In this document: positions 1 through 9,582 of the stretch, piece by piece
Position numbering within the stretch: the stretch's first letter is position 1
Layout of the letters: every line of letters begins with the position of its first letter
From: Neodothiora populina
Taxonomy: Eukaryota
Assembly (NCBI RefSeq): GCF_041146345.1
Contig: NW_027191411.1
Coordinates: 558,001-622,000 of the forward strand
Direction: 5' to 3'
DNA length: 64,000 nt
The notes under the pieces: generated by a model
Told to the model about the DNA's origin: nothing
Database searches by the model: none
What the model saw: only the letters and a program-made list of their open reading frames with translations
Made by a program: the position numbers and the translations under genes

Positions 1-1405
1 TGGACCGAGGTGGCCCTGTCACCAAGACCGCGAGTGAGGACGTTGAAGATTGACTGGTAGCGGAGCAACATGTCGCGGTCCTCGGCATCAGAGGTAGCGA
101 GAGCGGACAGGGGTAGCTTGACAGTGACATCGTGGCGCTGGACAAGGTTGTCTGCACGAAGGATGAATGTGGGCTCAAAAGTGTCGGCGAAAGGATCAGA
201 GAGCATCTGCAGGGTCGTCCTGGCCTCGCCGCGAAGGTGCTGGTAGGACGAAGCGGTCATCTTGTAAAGAATGTTGATGCCGCGGGCGCCGTCGAAGAAG
301 ACTGGCTGAGCGTCGTGGGCGGCGAGGGTCACGGTTCCGGCTTGAAGGACAGCGGGCGATCTGACCAGATCTTTGGCTGCGAGATATTGAAGAGTGGCCT
401 TGAACAGCTGGTAGCTGCTGTAGCCGCTCGACAGAAGGGGCATGCCATTTCCGCCACCAGTCTGCAATAGCACAGCCATCAAGGCGGCCCACTCGAAGTT
501 GCCGAATCCTCCTTTGGCGGTGTGGGAGGTCAAAGAGCGCTGTCTCAACCATACGCGGCCCAGCAGACAAGCGTCCTTGAATGCATCGCAGGTTGTCGAG
601 GCGTGATGCAGGAGTTTGAGGTAAGCGGTGAGCTGGGAGTCGGCCTGGATGGAAGCGTTGTAGAAAGGGGTGGCGGGAAGTGATGCCGAAGTGTTGTCGT
701 CGTCGTCGGCCTTGGCAGGTCTGACGCAGTTCTTCGAGGGAAGTAGCTTGTCCTTGGAAAAGACGTTGTCGGGAATGCTGGGGATGATGTTGATCTGCCA
801 CTTGTTCTCCGACTTCTGCTCTTTGGCGCTGACGACCAGGATTGGGTGCAGGGGGTTGTCGTGGAAATTGGCGAATTTGAGGGTCAGGTCCTTGGCAGAC
901 TTCAGACCAGCGGCAATACAGGCCAGGTAGTATGCCCTCTTGTACAGATATCTGTGGTTGACATAGTCCTTTTCCTGCAACAGAGAGGCAGGGATGGTCA
1001 CAAGCATGTCGATGGCCAGAGAAGCGTCGGTTCTCGACGAGAGCTTGAGGGGGAAGGAGCCGACGACGTTGATGTTTGCGGGCTTGGCGTAGGCCAACTT
1101 GTACTTGACGTCGAGAGCAGGTCTCGGATCGGGGAATGGAGTGGCGACCTTTGACTTCTTGATGAGTTCTCGCTCTGCATCGTGCACCGACTGAGCCTCT
1201 CTCGCCGGGATCAGCTCGATGGCCTTTTTCAGCTTGTGCAGAGCCTCTTCCGCGCTCGTCTCTCTCTTGCCGTGGCGAGGACGGATCTGGGCCAGCATCT
1301 CGTCGACCTGCAGCTTGAACATGTTGGATTTGAAGGTGCCGCCCGTGTATGCGGCAGCGCTGGCCTCGAGCATTCCCGCTCTCTTGGGGTTGTTCTTCTT
1401 GGCTG

Positions 1406-1439
<34 letters not shown>

Positions 1440-1697
1440 CTTCGACGAGGCTTTGGCGCTCTTTCGGTCGGCGGGTTGCTTGTCCGTCTCGTCCGTGTCT
1501 TCGTCTACGTCCTCGTCCTCGTCGCCGTCCATCTCTTCACTCGGATAGTCATCTTCGACGCTCTCGTCCTCGAATGTCATGTCCTGCTCTTCTCCGTCCT
1601 GGTTGAGTTCACGAAGCGAAGGTTCATCGCCGTCGCTGCTGCCTTGCTCCGAAGGGCTGTGACTGAGCTTTCTTCTTTTCGACGCCGGTACTGCCAT
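1..1697 (-). CDS. UTP22: U3 snoRNA-associated protein 22 (Nrap family), 5' part; runs off the left edge
   Basis: Own translation from ATG at 1697 (absent from the ORF track because there is no stop in the window): MAVPASKRRKLSHS, an acidic tract, then FKLQVDEML...FPDPRP...YKLAYAKPANINVVGSF...IDMLVTIPASLLQEKDYVNHRYLYKRAYYLACIA, typical of the Nrap/Utp22 N-terminal domain. Confidence 0.92.
1407..1436 (-). repeat. (CAG)10 microsatellite encoding polyQ in the Utp22 N-terminal tail
   Basis: Ten perfect CTG units on the + strand, in frame as Q10. Confidence 0.95.
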
Positions 1698-1832
1698 GAT
1701 TGCTTTTTGTTATAGCAGAAAAGGGCAGGTCTGGCTGAGGATGGAAGACGGAATCGAAACAGAATAGATTGTTCAATGGCTGATGGTCGGCTTGGCGCAG
1801 ATCATTTTTGGAAATTTTGACACGGTTTGGAT

Positions 1833-1843
1833 CTTATCGATAA
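1833..1843. promoter_or_regulatory. CTTATCGATAA element upstream of UTP22 (candidate ribosome-biogenesis promoter motif)
   Basis: Contains the palindrome TTATCGATAA ~140 bp upstream of the ATG, next to an RRPE-like GAAATTTT (1811-1818). I recall CTTATCGAT as enriched at ribosome-biogenesis genes in filamentous ascomycetes; not verified here. Confidence 0.5.
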
Positions 1844-2189
1844 ACTAATAGTCTGTTTCCGCCCTCCGCCATAGGCTCTCCACCGTCCGCTCTCCGCTGT
1901 CCGCTCTACGCTTTTCGCTCTCCTCTCCGCGGGCATGTCTGTAGAGTGAGCTGGACATTTAATAACCAGTATACCAAAACTAAGACAAGTAAGAAGAGAA
2001 GCAGAATCGTTTGAGCTTCAAATATAGAGAGAAACAAGTCCATTGGTGCTCCATACCTATATCTTACTCTTCTAGCGCCTGTCCTTGATTCCACTTCAAC
2101 TCCGGAACTTTTCGCTATACAATTTCGAGCAAAACATCACAACCCTCTCTGTCCATGTAACAAGAAGAGAAATAGAAAAACAGACGAAA

Positions 2190-2308
2190 ACGTACGGCAG
2201 CAGGGATTCCCACGTGGTCACCCACCGTAGTACTAATCTGCCGGTCAACTGCTTATGTCTGGCAGAGCGGACGGGATGCCCAGTTCTCAGCTGCCTGTGG
2301 CCGTACGT
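2190..2308 (-). rRNA. 5S rRNA gene (dispersed copy)
   Basis: The minus strand reads ACGTACGGCCACAGG...CATCCCGTCCGCTCTGCC...TTAGTACTACGGTGGGTGACCACGTGGGAATCCC...GCCGTACGT, 119 nt with paired termini and followed by T-runs (Pol III terminator). Confidence 0.97.
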
Positions 2309-2569
2309 GCCATCCTATCCATTATTTGAAACTCATGTCCCTGTGAAACACTAATGCTTTGGGTCAGTAACGATCCATTCGATCACAGATGAGGAAATGG
2401 CAACTTGAAGTAGGGACTAGAGTGATCTACATGATACGAAAGAGGAAGAACACAACTCGGTCAAGAACTTTTCCTTCCAATCTCAATCGAATCAGCCACA
2501 CTCAGCGGGGAACATAACAGACACGGTCAAGCATAACGTCATTGTACCGCAGGCCGTGTCTTCCCATAA

Positions 2570-3475
2570 TCACTTCAAACTCTCAAAAAAACTTGGTCCA
2601 CCATAGCTGTTCCCCGCGTGAGTGACAGAGTTGCCACGAAACGTAATATGCCTGTAAACATGATCGTCTGACCCGTCTGACCCCACCATCGTGTACCCGG
2701 CAGCATACTCGTTCCCAAACCTCTGTTTTGAGTGGTCTTCGACAGAGAGGTATTCGAACGTCAGGCCACGCGACTTCGACACCTGAGAGATAGCTTCTTC
2801 GAGGAAGCGATCGCGCTTCTTGGCAGATTGCAAGAGTAATGCGAGGCTGTCGGGTTCGAGTCCTGAAACTTCTTGTCGGCAGAGTGCCACCTGCTTTTGG
2901 TGACTGGCGGGGAAGGTGTCTTCGAGTTCGCTGATGTGACCCGACAATGTACCAAACAGCGAGCTGGAGTGAGATCGGTCGTACAATACCAATGACGCAT
3001 TTTCCGTCATCTCGTGTCCAGCCAGAGCCCTGCCCTGGTATCCGAGTGCGTTCTTCCGTAGTGTCTGGTGTAAGGTTCCCTTGATCGGATCCGCGGACCG
3101 CAGCTCTGCACGGCTGTCGAGGGCTGTACTTTGCTCGGGATTGCCTTCACGCTGGATCTTTCTTCTAGATCTACGTGAAGATGCTTGTGCGTTGTCAAAC
3201 GCCCTATTGATTTGTCCTAGCAACTCCGTAGTATCCTCAAGCTCGGTCGCAGAGCAAGCCGACAGTCGAGCTGTTGACTTTGTGCCTGATGCCTTGGTGT
3301 TGATTTCCATGGCAGCTCCCCAACGCAAGTAACGCAAGTTAATGACCTGCAGCTCGAGGGAGTTCTTGGCAAAGTCTGCCTTAAAGTCCCGACCGAATTG
3401 GATACCTTCGAACGACTTGATACCCTTGGTGTAAAGTTTCGAAACATCTTCGACGGCTTCTCGGGTTCGTGACAT
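2570..3475 (-). CDS. het-S: HET-S/HET-s-like protein: HeLo domain plus C-terminal HET-s-type prion-forming (HRAM) domain
   Basis: SFEGIQFGRDFKADFAKNSLELQVINLRYLRWGAAMEIN aligns without gaps to HET-S CFEYVQLGRHFGRDYERCQLRLDIAKVRLSRWG (recalled sequence). The C-terminus has two pseudo-repeats ending in GN and the tail AGNSYGGPSFF, compared with HET-s IGNEYGGKGFW. ATG at 3475 chosen by alignment. Confidence 0.88.
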   Translation of the reverse strand: MSRTREAVEDVSKLYTKGIKSFEGIQFGRDFKADFAKNSLELQVINLRYLRWGAAMEINTKASGTKSTARLSACSATELEDTTELLGQINRAFDNAQASSRRSRRKIQREGNPEQSTALDSRAELRSADPIKGTLHQTLRKNALGYQGRALAGHEMTENASLVLYDRSHSSSLFGTLSGHISELEDTFPASHQKQVALCRQEVSGLEPDSLALLLQSAKKRDRFLEEAISQVSKSRGLTFEYLSVEDHSKQRFGNEYAAGYTMVGSDGSDDHVYRHITFRGNSVTHAGNSYGGPSFFESLK

Positions 3476-4185
3476 TCTGTGCAGCCGACGTTGTTGAGCA
3501 AAGTGAGTAACACGAAACGTTTTCATTGCGAAGCGATGCTTCACTATAAGGGCTCAACGAACGCAAGACCAGAAGCAATCATAATGTCGGGCAGCAGTAC
3601 AACCGATCTGAAGGTCAGAAGACCATGAGCTGTGACTCGGACACTTATCTTTCAGCTTCATCTGCCAGTCATCACTAGTCGGCCTTATTCCAACGAATAC
3701 ACTCAAGGGGTTGGCAGTTCGTCAGCACCGATCATCTCTTGGATTGCCCAGAACAGGCAAGAGCATATTGAGTTTGGACTTGGCATCTAGTCATGTGCTA
3801 ATGTGAAGTGGCAGCAGATATCTCCTTTTTTGTTACCGGAACCAAGGTCATGTCGCATGTGAGTCGCCAGGGAGGCCGTGAAGCGCAATCTATGAATGCC
3901 ATCCAGTTCGTGATTAGGAGCCGACGGCTATCATGTAAATGATCGCGGAGATACGATGGCAGAATGTGAGATGACAGCTTGTGACCCCCACGCTGCGCCA
4001 AAACCCAGGCGACCGCTGCAGGGAAATGCCGCCATTGGGCGCGAAACGGCTTCATCGCCCACGTCTTCGAGGCTTATCTTGCGCACCAGTATGGTTCGAT
4101 TCAATGCTAAGCACGGCAGCGGCCGCGACACCATTACTGGGCAAGAGATACGAGGATTCGTCATCGTCAGACATCCCAAACTCGA

Positions 4186-5586
4186 TCATCTTCCGAGTGG
4201 TCCAGTGATTGCACCAACCATGACAGCGGCCTCACGCTCCCAGTTGCCGACCTTCACACCTGGTCTGCTCATTGTGCTGGCACCGCTACCACCCCTGCCA
4301 GATGGCAACTCACTGCCTCTAGCGACACAATCCTTGACCATATAAAGTACCCTGTCTTTGTTACTTCTCAGTGTGCGAGCGCTGACGCCGCCTCTGTTCA
4401 GAATCTCCTGAACCCGAGAAGAGAGATTGCTGGCGAGTGTCCGCCAGAAGAACGAGGGCAGGGAAGAGGTGTCCAGAGCCGCTAGTAAAGGTGCAAGGAA
4501 ATTGGATTTGTTGTGAGTTGCGTCGCCCGAAGAGGCGCCAAGAAGAGGATGCACTGGTGTTCGGGTTGTAGAAAGTAGAGATTCCAAGGCGACAATGTTC
4601 TGGCATCGAGAGCTGATCTCCAACAATGTCTGGTCCAAGGTGGGTAGTGTTGCTAAGGCGCGCGCGAGAGATGCGAGACTTGACTGCAACGCTGTCTGTA
4701 GATAAGCCTGCAATGCAGAGATGAGCAGCTGAGGAGCAAAGGAGTCAATCGTCTGGCGTTGCTTGACAGGCGACAGCAAGTAAAGCACATTTAAAGCCGA
4801 GGTCGTCCTGGATTTTGTGTCTTCGTTCTGTGCGAATGTTGCCGCTCCAGGTCCAGCGGCAGACAACGACGGACTCGAAGTCGAAGCGAGCAACGAAGAC
4901 ATGGAAAATTCCCTGACGATCTGCTGTGCTCGAGCCAGCAGTGTCCTTTCGGACGGGTCAACAAAGTCACTCCTTAGAGTAGTAATGATCTTGACTCTGC
5001 CCAATCCTTCTCCTTCTTGATCGGGCGCCGTAGCACCAAACAATTGTCTTAATTGAAGCAAAGTATGCACCGCCGGCACTAATGCTCTGTGAGCCTCTCT
5101 CTTTCCACTATTTTCAGCACTGAATTCTGCCATCTGTCCCTCAAGCTGTCTCCCTAAGGACAGACATCGTCCCACTGCACGCCCTAGTTTTACAGTCGCG
5201 CATAGCCTCTCTGCTGCCAGTCGCACCTGCTCGGCAGCCTCATAACGCTGGACCACATCTCGCTCGAGTCTCTTGTATCCTTCTGTCAAGGCAGCAACTT
5301 GGGCTTCCACCTCGGACAGTATATGGGTTGAGGCTGTGGCACGAGTTTGTGTGTAGCTCAGGAGTGACAGAGCGGACTGGGTGGTCAACGTGTCAATGTG
5401 CGTGTCTACTTCCTGCACATCGAACAAGACCCGTGATAACGGAGTGGTGAGATCAAGAGGAGCATCTGTGGGGTCGTTGGTCGCGAGGATCAGCGTGTTT
5501 GCGAACGCCGTCGCCGAAAAGGAGGGATCCAGGAAGGTCTCGTAGTCGATGTATGATGCATCTCTCTCCGCTGTTGCGTCGGCCAT
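4186..5586 (-). CDS. COG5: Conserved oligomeric Golgi complex subunit 5
   Basis: SYIDYETFLDPSFSATAFANTLILATNDPTDAPLDLTTPLSRVLFDVQEVDTHID N-terminus and SSLPSFFWRTLA...NWEREAAVMV C-terminus, typical of fungal Cog5. Single exon. Confidence 0.88.
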   Translation of the reverse strand: MADATAERDASYIDYETFLDPSFSATAFANTLILATNDPTDAPLDLTTPLSRVLFDVQEVDTHIDTLTTQSALSLLSYTQTRATASTHILSEVEAQVAALTEGYKRLERDVVQRYEAAEQVRLAAERLCATVKLGRAVGRCLSLGRQLEGQMAEFSAENSGKREAHRALVPAVHTLLQLRQLFGATAPDQEGEGLGRVKIITTLRSDFVDPSERTLLARAQQIVREFSMSSLLASTSSPSLSAAGPGAATFAQNEDTKSRTTSALNVLYLLSPVKQRQTIDSFAPQLLISALQAYLQTALQSSLASLARALATLPTLDQTLLEISSRCQNIVALESLLSTTRTPVHPLLGASSGDATHNKSNFLAPLLAALDTSSLPSFFWRTLASNLSSRVQEILNRGGVSARTLRSNKDRVLYMVKDCVARGSELPSGRGGSGASTMSRPGVKVGNWEREAAVMVGAITGPLGR

Positions 5587-6115
5587 GATGCTATTTACTA
5601 CAGCTTGTGACACTGTTGTCGCTATTAATTTGTTCGGGATCAATGCCAATTGCTGCGACGACGGCGACCGTATGGTATACAATAAACAGATGGAGCTGGT
5701 ATAATCCTAGTTTTGTTTGTTTCAAGCTTGAAGCTAGGTATTACGTTGGATATTCACATGTCAACGCCAAGCTCCAGAAGTGATACCCAAGAAGTGCAAC
5801 TACACTGACATCATGCACAGAGGACCTCCTTCCACTAAACATACCATGTAATGAAGAGTAGTCTACTCTACTTTGTCTAGCACTCTATCTTGCATCGTCT
5901 GCGTCATGAAAGTCATCCTGTTTATCGACAGACAAGTGGGTGACTGATCCTGCGATTGTGGCTGGTACGACACCCAATCGATCACTTATGAAATACAATG
6001 GACATCTTCTGTAAGTGTGGTAAAAATAGTTCATCAATGTCGAATGCAACGGGCATTTCGACTAGTAAGAGAAAGGTAACATGACTTTGATCACACAAAA
6101 CAGGTACAGCCTCTT

Positions 6116-9100
6116 TCAACGTCCCATGACGGCGCTCATAAAGCTCTTCTTTCCCTTCTTCTCATCCTTTTCTATGCCTGATCTGCTCTTGACAGAGAGA
6201 GGCAGACTGATGGCGCTGTCTTTCCTGTATCTCCCAGGAGTCATTGTAGAATTGCTGCCTGCTTCCGATGGCGGAAGTGGTGGCAGCGATTCGTCGTCGT
6301 GACGAGTATGTCTACTGCTGCCGTGCTTCTTGGAAGATGCGCTTGACTTCTTCGAATGACGAGACTCCTTGCTTCGATCACGGTGATGCCTCTTGGATTC
6401 TCTGCTGCGGTCGCGGTGGCGTCTGTGACGTGAATCTCGGCTGCGGCTTCGACTGCGACTTCCACTCCGGCTCCTGCTACGATTACGCTCGCGCTCGCGC
6501 TCCTCTTCGTATCGCCGGGTTGCAACGCAGGAGATGCTATCGTCCGGTACCACCGTCTCCGCATACTCGAATTTGCTTGGAGGCTGCGAGCGTCCTAGCA
6601 TACTACTGACAATACTGCTGCCACCTGCTCGAGACTCTGGTAGTTCCATCGCCGACGGTGTCTTGCTCTCTGTCGCACCGTTGTTGTTCCTGCCCAGTAT
6701 ACTTCCAACAATGCTACCAGTGCGGGATTGATGCACTGAATCTATATGGGACTCAGGGAGTGCGACATCCATCCCTGTTGCGACTGAAGTTTTCCTCGAA
6801 CCCGGAAGCGTAATGTCCGCGCCCGTAGCAACAGATGTGTGTCTTGAGTTGGGAAGCGGAACTTCTTGAGCCGAGACCACCGAGGTCTTCTGGGATTCGG
6901 GCAACGCTACATCCATACCGGAGGGCGCGACTGATGTCTTTCGAGACGGAGGTAGCGGTTTCTCGACAGCAGAAAAATATGACGTCCGTCTTGATGCTGG
7001 CAGCGGCATCTCAGCCCCGGAAACCACTGATGTCATCCTCGATGCTGGAAGAGACTGTTCGGCAGCTGACACATAAGACGACGCTCTGGTTGCTGGAAGC
7101 GGCATGTCAGCACCAGACACAACTGAAGTCTTCCTTGATGCCGGGAGAGGCTCGTGAGCCCCTGACACAATCGATGTTTTCCTTGATTCCGGGAGTGGTT
7201 CGTTGGCTCCAGACACCACAGATGTCATCCTCGAAGCTGGTAATGGTTCATTGGCACCAGAAACCACTGATGTTTTCCGCGATGGTGGTAGGGGTTTGTT
7301 TGCGCCAGACACGACTGATCTCTGTCTGGACGCTGTATGAGACTCGTTACCTCTGGTGACAACGGATGTCCTTCGGGACTCTGGCAAAGGTTCGTGGGCT
7401 GCAGACACGACGGAAGTCTTTCTTGATTCCGGTAGTGGCTCATTAGCCCCTGACACGACCGAAGTCTTCCTTGACGCCGGAAGAGGTTCGTTGGCTCCAG
7501 TCACCACAGATGTCTTTCTTGATGAAGCAGGGCGTTCGGTCGCACCTGACACTACAGAAGTGTTTCTTGATGGTGGCAAAAGCTGCGATGCGCCTGATAC
7601 CACTGAGGTACTTCTTGATGGTGGCAGAGGTTGAGAAGCCCCAGTCACAACGGACGTTCTTCTTGACGTGGATGGTGTGCCCGACACTACGGATGTCTGC
7701 CTCGACACCGGTAAGGGCAAGTTAGCTGCAGATACGACCGAAGTCTGTCTTGATTCTGGTAATGGGACATTTGCCGCGGAAAGGTGCTCCGATCGGCTTG
7801 GCCTGATGGTGGCACTGCTTGCTTCCGATTCATGATCGGAAGACTCCTCCCTTTCTCTTGTAGAGCGATGGCTGCGATGACTTCGTCGACTCGCCACACT
7901 TGATCGATCCATTGAGCGATCCCTACGTTCGCTGACTTTCGACCTCGAATCGTCGCCACTCTTACGGCTCGTGCGGCTTACACGACTCGCCCGATCTTCT
8001 GATGGTTCACGAACTTCACTATGCCGACTTCTAACAGAGTGTTTTGATTCCGGCGTTGAGACGTGAGAATGGCTGCTGTGATGTGTTTTGTTAGATCTTG
8101 GGGAGACTGTGCTCATCGCACTGTCGCGTCTTGCCACAACAAGGTCTTGATCGGCCCAATCCTGTTGACTACGACGAGTCTCTGAAGCTGCGCCATCTTC
8201 GATCTGGCGCGAAAGCGGCAGCGTATGAGCTGAGGCAGCAGAAGGTGCGGTCTGCGAGCGTGATGCAAGTGACGGGCGTTGGCTTACAGCTGTCACAGCA
8301 GATGCCGGTACATATTCGACTGCTGATTTAGCTGCAGCTGACGGAGCTCTTGAGGATGCATTGGACGGTGCTTTTGACAGAGCTCGTGAAGCCACCTTCG
8401 AGGGAGCTCTTGAGGAAGTACGTCGGCTCACGGTAGACGCCGGGATATACTCGACATCCTCCGACATGATAGTGGGTGGTCTCGAGTAACTTGAGTATAC
8501 GACGGAAGGTGGGTATTCGGTCGGGGCTTGTGTAGGCGCAAGCGAACGGTATCGGGGTTCTGAATCACCGCTGACGCTTACCTCATCGAATCTGATAGGC
8601 TCAGGGGCCTCCTCAAGAGCAAGTTGTGACCTTGCTTGCCTTGGTGGCGCATAAAATTCCGAGGTGGTCACAGGAACATTCCTCTCGTATGCTGAGTCCG
8701 GAGCTCGGGATGCGGTGCGATACGACTTCCTCGAACGTATACTCCTAGCGTCATCGGGTACGCTGTACTTTTGGTTCATGGCAGCTTCATAGGCGGCTTC
8801 TTGTCGAGCACTGTCTTGTTCGCTCTTCACCATGGCATAGGCGACAGCGGCACCAGCAGCAGCACCCAGAAGGGTTCCAATCACGCCCTGAGTCGTTGAG
8901 AACCCGGACTTTCTTTCATCCTGTGCTGTAGCAGCAGTGGGTGCAGCAGACCCCTCAGAGACACTTCGGGCGATAGTTGGAGCTTTCGATTTGCCCGAGA
9001 GCGACTTTATCACACTCGGAGCAGAGGTCAATAGACTTGACTTGTTACTCCTTGAAGTGACTGTGGACCTTGCATCATCAAATGCTTCTGGGTCATCACT

Positions 9101-9582
9101 GCGTCTCTGCCAACCTAAAATGTGACTACGATTGGAATACTCCATGCGGTCGTCGGCATTCTCACGAAAAATCACTTCGATGCTGTTTCCATCCAGATCT
9201 GTTACGGCTGCATTGAATATCGTGCCATCTTCACCTCTCGAGGCTGGGGCACCATTCGGGTATCCTCCGGCCTTCAATGCCGCAGCGTAGAAGTCTCGAA
9301 CCGCCGCTCGACTTGTTGCAGAAAATGCCAAATGAGCAGTGGTTGGTGTTATACTATGTGAAATCAAATAAGCTGATATGTGGCGGCAAGATGCCAGCTA
9401 TGGGATCACACTCACCCTGTGCGCTCGGAGCTAAGAAAGAAGTCGGCGTCGTCAACTCCGAAGCCAACCTGATTACCCTGTTCTCCTATATATCGATATC
9501 CGAGAGGTTGGAGAGCAGACAAGAAGAATGAGCAAGCTTGGGGAAGATGGGAGACGGTAAGACCGATATGTGAGAATGGCAT
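6116..9582 (-). CDS. Glyoxalase/VOC-fold N-terminal domain fused to a long Ser/Arg-rich disordered region with tandem repeats (2 exons; intron 9354-9415)
   Basis: Exon 1 MPFSHIGLTVSHLPQACSFFLSALQPLGYRYIG... joins via GTGAGT..CATAG in frame to ITPTTAHLAFSATSRAAVRDFYAAALKAGG...FNAAVTDLDGNSIEV (VOC motifs). One hydrophobic stretch (GTLLGAAAGAAVAYAM) follows. Confidence 0.85.
6732..7780 (-). repeat. Coding tandem repeat, ~22 x 48 bp (16 aa; consensus SGANEPLPASRKTSVV)
   Basis: Counted from the translation, SAANVPLPESRQTSVV through TGMDVALPESHIDSVH; the copies are diverged at DNA level. Confidence 0.93.

Noticed and set aside
132..1715. Several ORFs including poly-Leu, poly-Cys and poly-Ala products
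   Set aside because: Shadow frames of UTP22 and its CAG repeat.
3476..3544. ORF-track N-terminal extension of the HET-S-like protein (MKHRFAMKTF...)
   Set aside because: It begins at GTG and extends beyond the HET-S alignment; ATG 3475 fits better, although the in-frame ATG of MKTF or a 5' exon is not excluded.
6732..7780. Regularly spaced repeats as a CRISPR-like array
   Set aside because: Eukaryotic, in-frame coding repeats with synonymous divergence and no unique spacers.
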